A program made the translations under genes and the position numbers. Shown here piece by piece: positions 61,362 through 64,000 of a stretch of 64,000 bases of DNA. Each line of letters begins with the position of its first letter. Positions within the stretch are counted from its first letter, which is position 1. Source of the stretch: Octopus sinensis (taxonomy: Eukaryota); NCBI RefSeq assembly GCF_006345805.1, contig NC_043003.1, positions 8,246,001 to 8,310,000 of the forward strand, given 5' to 3'. The notes under the pieces were generated by a model. The model made no database searches and was not told the DNA's origin. It saw nothing but the letters and a program-made list of their open reading frames with translations.

Positions 61362-61925
61362 GTGTAAATGGATATAAATATATTGTATATATTTATTTAT
61401 GTGTAATTCTATGTAAATATTTCTATGCATGCGTAAATGCATATAGGTATGAGGGATTGATGTTCGAAATGAGGAACATAATTTTTTAAGAACAAAATTG
61501 GATTTGTAAATTAGAAATCGAGTCGATCAACGCTGGACATGCGAATAGCCTATATTTAATCATAGGAGTTCGCGAAAAAACAAAGACGTTCTTGTAATTT
61601 TACTTATGATGCAATTTTTAAATCGCTTAATTTCTCATCAATGATTATATCACGCATATGAAGAGTGTCATTTAAAATTGCATGCTGCTCGTTCCTTTAA
61701 AGCATTTATATATTTGAACAAATGATTTTCCTATGGTGAATTTACCTTAAAAGGGGAGAACATCTCCTCTAGGTTTAATCCCGTTGCGTTGCAGAATATC
61801 TATATTTAATATTATGTTCTGATTCATATTTACTTCAAGGTAAAATAATAGCTTTATAATTCTCAGCCGCTGCTATACTTGTATGGTACCATTTTATATT
61901 TCTTTTGGAATCTTCAACAGAGCAT

Positions 61926-62216
61926 TGTTTGTTCCTTCGTGAGCCACGCTTGGCTCATTAGGACCGGTTTCCCGGGTTCCTCGACGTATAGGTTCCCCAC
62001 ATGGACGGGACGCCGGTTCGTCGCAGATGAACTAGGAAAGAGTGAGAGAAAATTGTAGCGAAAGAGTCAGCAGAAGTTCGCCATTACCTTCTGCTGGAGC
62101 CGCGTGGAGCTTCGGTGTTTCGCTCATAAACACACACATCACCCGGTCTGAGATTCGAACCCGCGATCCCTCGACTGCGAGTCCGCTGCTCTAACCACTT
62201 GGCCATGTGCCTCCAC
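61926..62216 (-). mobile_element. SINE family C, full length
   Basis: Well-preserved tRNA-like head GGCCAAGTGGTTAGAGC..GGGTTCGAATCTC. Confidence 0.92.
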
Positions 62217-62254
62217 TCAACAGAGCATAATCCAAGACAAATGAACTAAACTCA

Positions 62255-62307
62255 ATTCAACAAGTTTCACAAATATATTTCAGGTCAGGTGAAATATATA
62301 TATATAT

Positions 62308-62360
<53 letters not shown>

Positions 62361-62387
62361 CATTATATGTATATATATATATATATA

Positions 62388-62444
<57 letters not shown>

Positions 62445-62475
62445 TATATATACATATATATTATATATATATATA

Positions 62476-62553
<78 letters not shown>
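62255..62553. repeat. Long imperfect (TA)n array
   Basis: Direct reading. Confidence 0.95.
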
Positions 62554-62556
<3 letters not shown>

Positions 62557-62799
62557 CGGTTTTAGATTTGGTTGGTTTGCAAGATTCTTTATGTGAGTTC
62601 GTGTATTGAAGCATATTCTGTTTTGTCTGGGGAGAGTCATTCTCTATTAGTGCCTTATAATTTAACATGCCCACCGGTAAAAATTCCACTTATTTTCTTA
62701 TTATGTTTTAAAACATTTTCGTTGCGTCTTGCAACCTTTTCCATGGTCAAAACTATTGAAAAGTTTGCAAGATGCAACAAAAATTTAGATAGATCGCTA

Positions 62800-62975
62800 G
62801 CCAATAAACCTTTCTCTATTTTCTCTTCCTGTGTATTCCTGTGTTCCTTTCTGTCGAAGAGCGAAGGCTCGAAATGTAAAAGACTTTCTCACTTCCCGAG
62901 CGTTAAAATATTACATCTGTTTGTTGTTTACACACTCGTCTTCGCCATTTGGTGTTTTTTTTGTAAATTCTATCT
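62800..62975 (+). mobile_element. Minimal-HHR repeat family (A6U core), copy 6
   Basis: 62846-62883: CCUUU-CUGUCGA-A-GAGC GAAG GCUC-GAAAUGUA-AAAGA. Confidence 0.72.
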
Positions 62976-62980
62976 CTCTT

Positions 62981-63040
<60 letters not shown>

Positions 63041-64000
63041 TGAAGTCTCCTATAAAGTCCCTGACTGTCAGCTACTTTTAAAAATCAATGTGTTCAAACA
63101 CCGCCAAAGTGAAAAAAAGAATCCCATTGAACATTTTGGAATCGATAAATAAATCGCAGCCAAGTTCTGTAATCGATTAACTAGATTACAGCTTTCCCCA
63201 AAAGATGCCTGATAATGAGCCAAGGTTATCAATCAGTATCAACATCGATGAACAGGCGGTAACAATTACGGTGTGCAAGACTAAACAGCTTAATAGTTGG
63301 TATTTCTTATTTCAGAATGTATGGAAATGCTTAGAGTAGTGGTTACGATCGCAAGATTGTGGTTTTTATTCCTGAGAATGGGCGGTAAGTTTCTTTCTTT
63401 CTTTCTTTCTTTTTTTTAGAAAAAAACACTTCATCTTGTTGCTCTCGTCTAGCAATAATTAGGTTTCCCGATCGGGTGAGGGAGCCTTTCAATCTCAGTC
63501 ACTTATACGCGATCGAATCCACGTAAAGCTCCATTCGTTTGGGCACTAGTGATCATGAAAAATTTATCTATGTATGTCATTGTTCAGTTTTATTTCAAGA
63601 TTTCTTGCCAATAGAGATAGAGAGAAAATGCCTGTTTCTAACCTGGATCCAAAGTTCCTTCATTGGAATTTCAACATCAACAACAGGGTATTATGTATGT
63701 ATGTATGCAACTCACAACGTATTACTACGTTTATATTCAAGTCTTATTCAAGCCATTACTTTGCCTCAGTAGAATAAGAACTGCTTATATCTCAACAAAT
63801 AACTAGACAACTCTTCAAAAATTTGCTAGGCGTTTATATAAGATATGAAATGCATTATAAGATAATTAAGTGTGGCATGTGAGCAATGCATTTGTAATAA
63901 TGTACGCTTAACTAGAAATAGTTCTCAAGAGTTTTGAGAAACTGAACTATATTATATATTTGACTTTCAGTGTATAATAATTAAAATTTTCGGCTGTAAT

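Noticed and set aside
61926-62216. tRNA gene
   Set aside because: The A/B boxes belong to a SINE head that continues into SINE body; no complete cloverleaf
2380-63043. Dozens of ORFs rich in YI, CV, HT, LS, poly-L, poly-H and poly-M
   Set aside because: They are translations of (TA)n, (TG)n, (CT)n, (TAA)n and (GAT)n microsatellites
63316-63384. 69-nt exon-like segment (ttcag|...|gtaagt) reading MEMLRVVVTIARLWFLFLRMG
   Set aside because: It overlaps what looks like a decayed CORE-type SINE head, and no partner exons were found; exonisation is possible but unsupported

Overview
AT-rich, repeat-saturated animal genomic DNA, probably intergenic or intronic. The SINE families and microsatellite density suggest a coleoid cephalopod, most likely Octopus (inference). 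I can support no intact host gene; most ORFs in the track are translated microsatellites or SINEs. The window holds five tRNA-headed SINE families, two decayed mariners, a decayed maT/DD37D element, a pogo-like MITE and other MITEs. It also holds fragments of R4/Dong-, L1/Tx1-, CR1/L2- and Penelope-like retroelements. The main finding is a diverse set of hammerhead-ribozyme (HHR) elements nested in (TA)n tracts. Three families are non-coding 399-490-nt monomers present as partial tandem multimers (1221-2376, 11881-12338, 59278-61062). Each carries a Type I HHR with a 6-8 bp stem I, a long stem II, a palindromic stem III and a GUA cleavage site, i.e. retrozyme-like architecture. Several minimal-HHR families occur too, one with a fixed A6U core change, plus fold-back insertions sharing the same 3' terminal motifs. 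All folds were done by eye; no activity is demonstrated.
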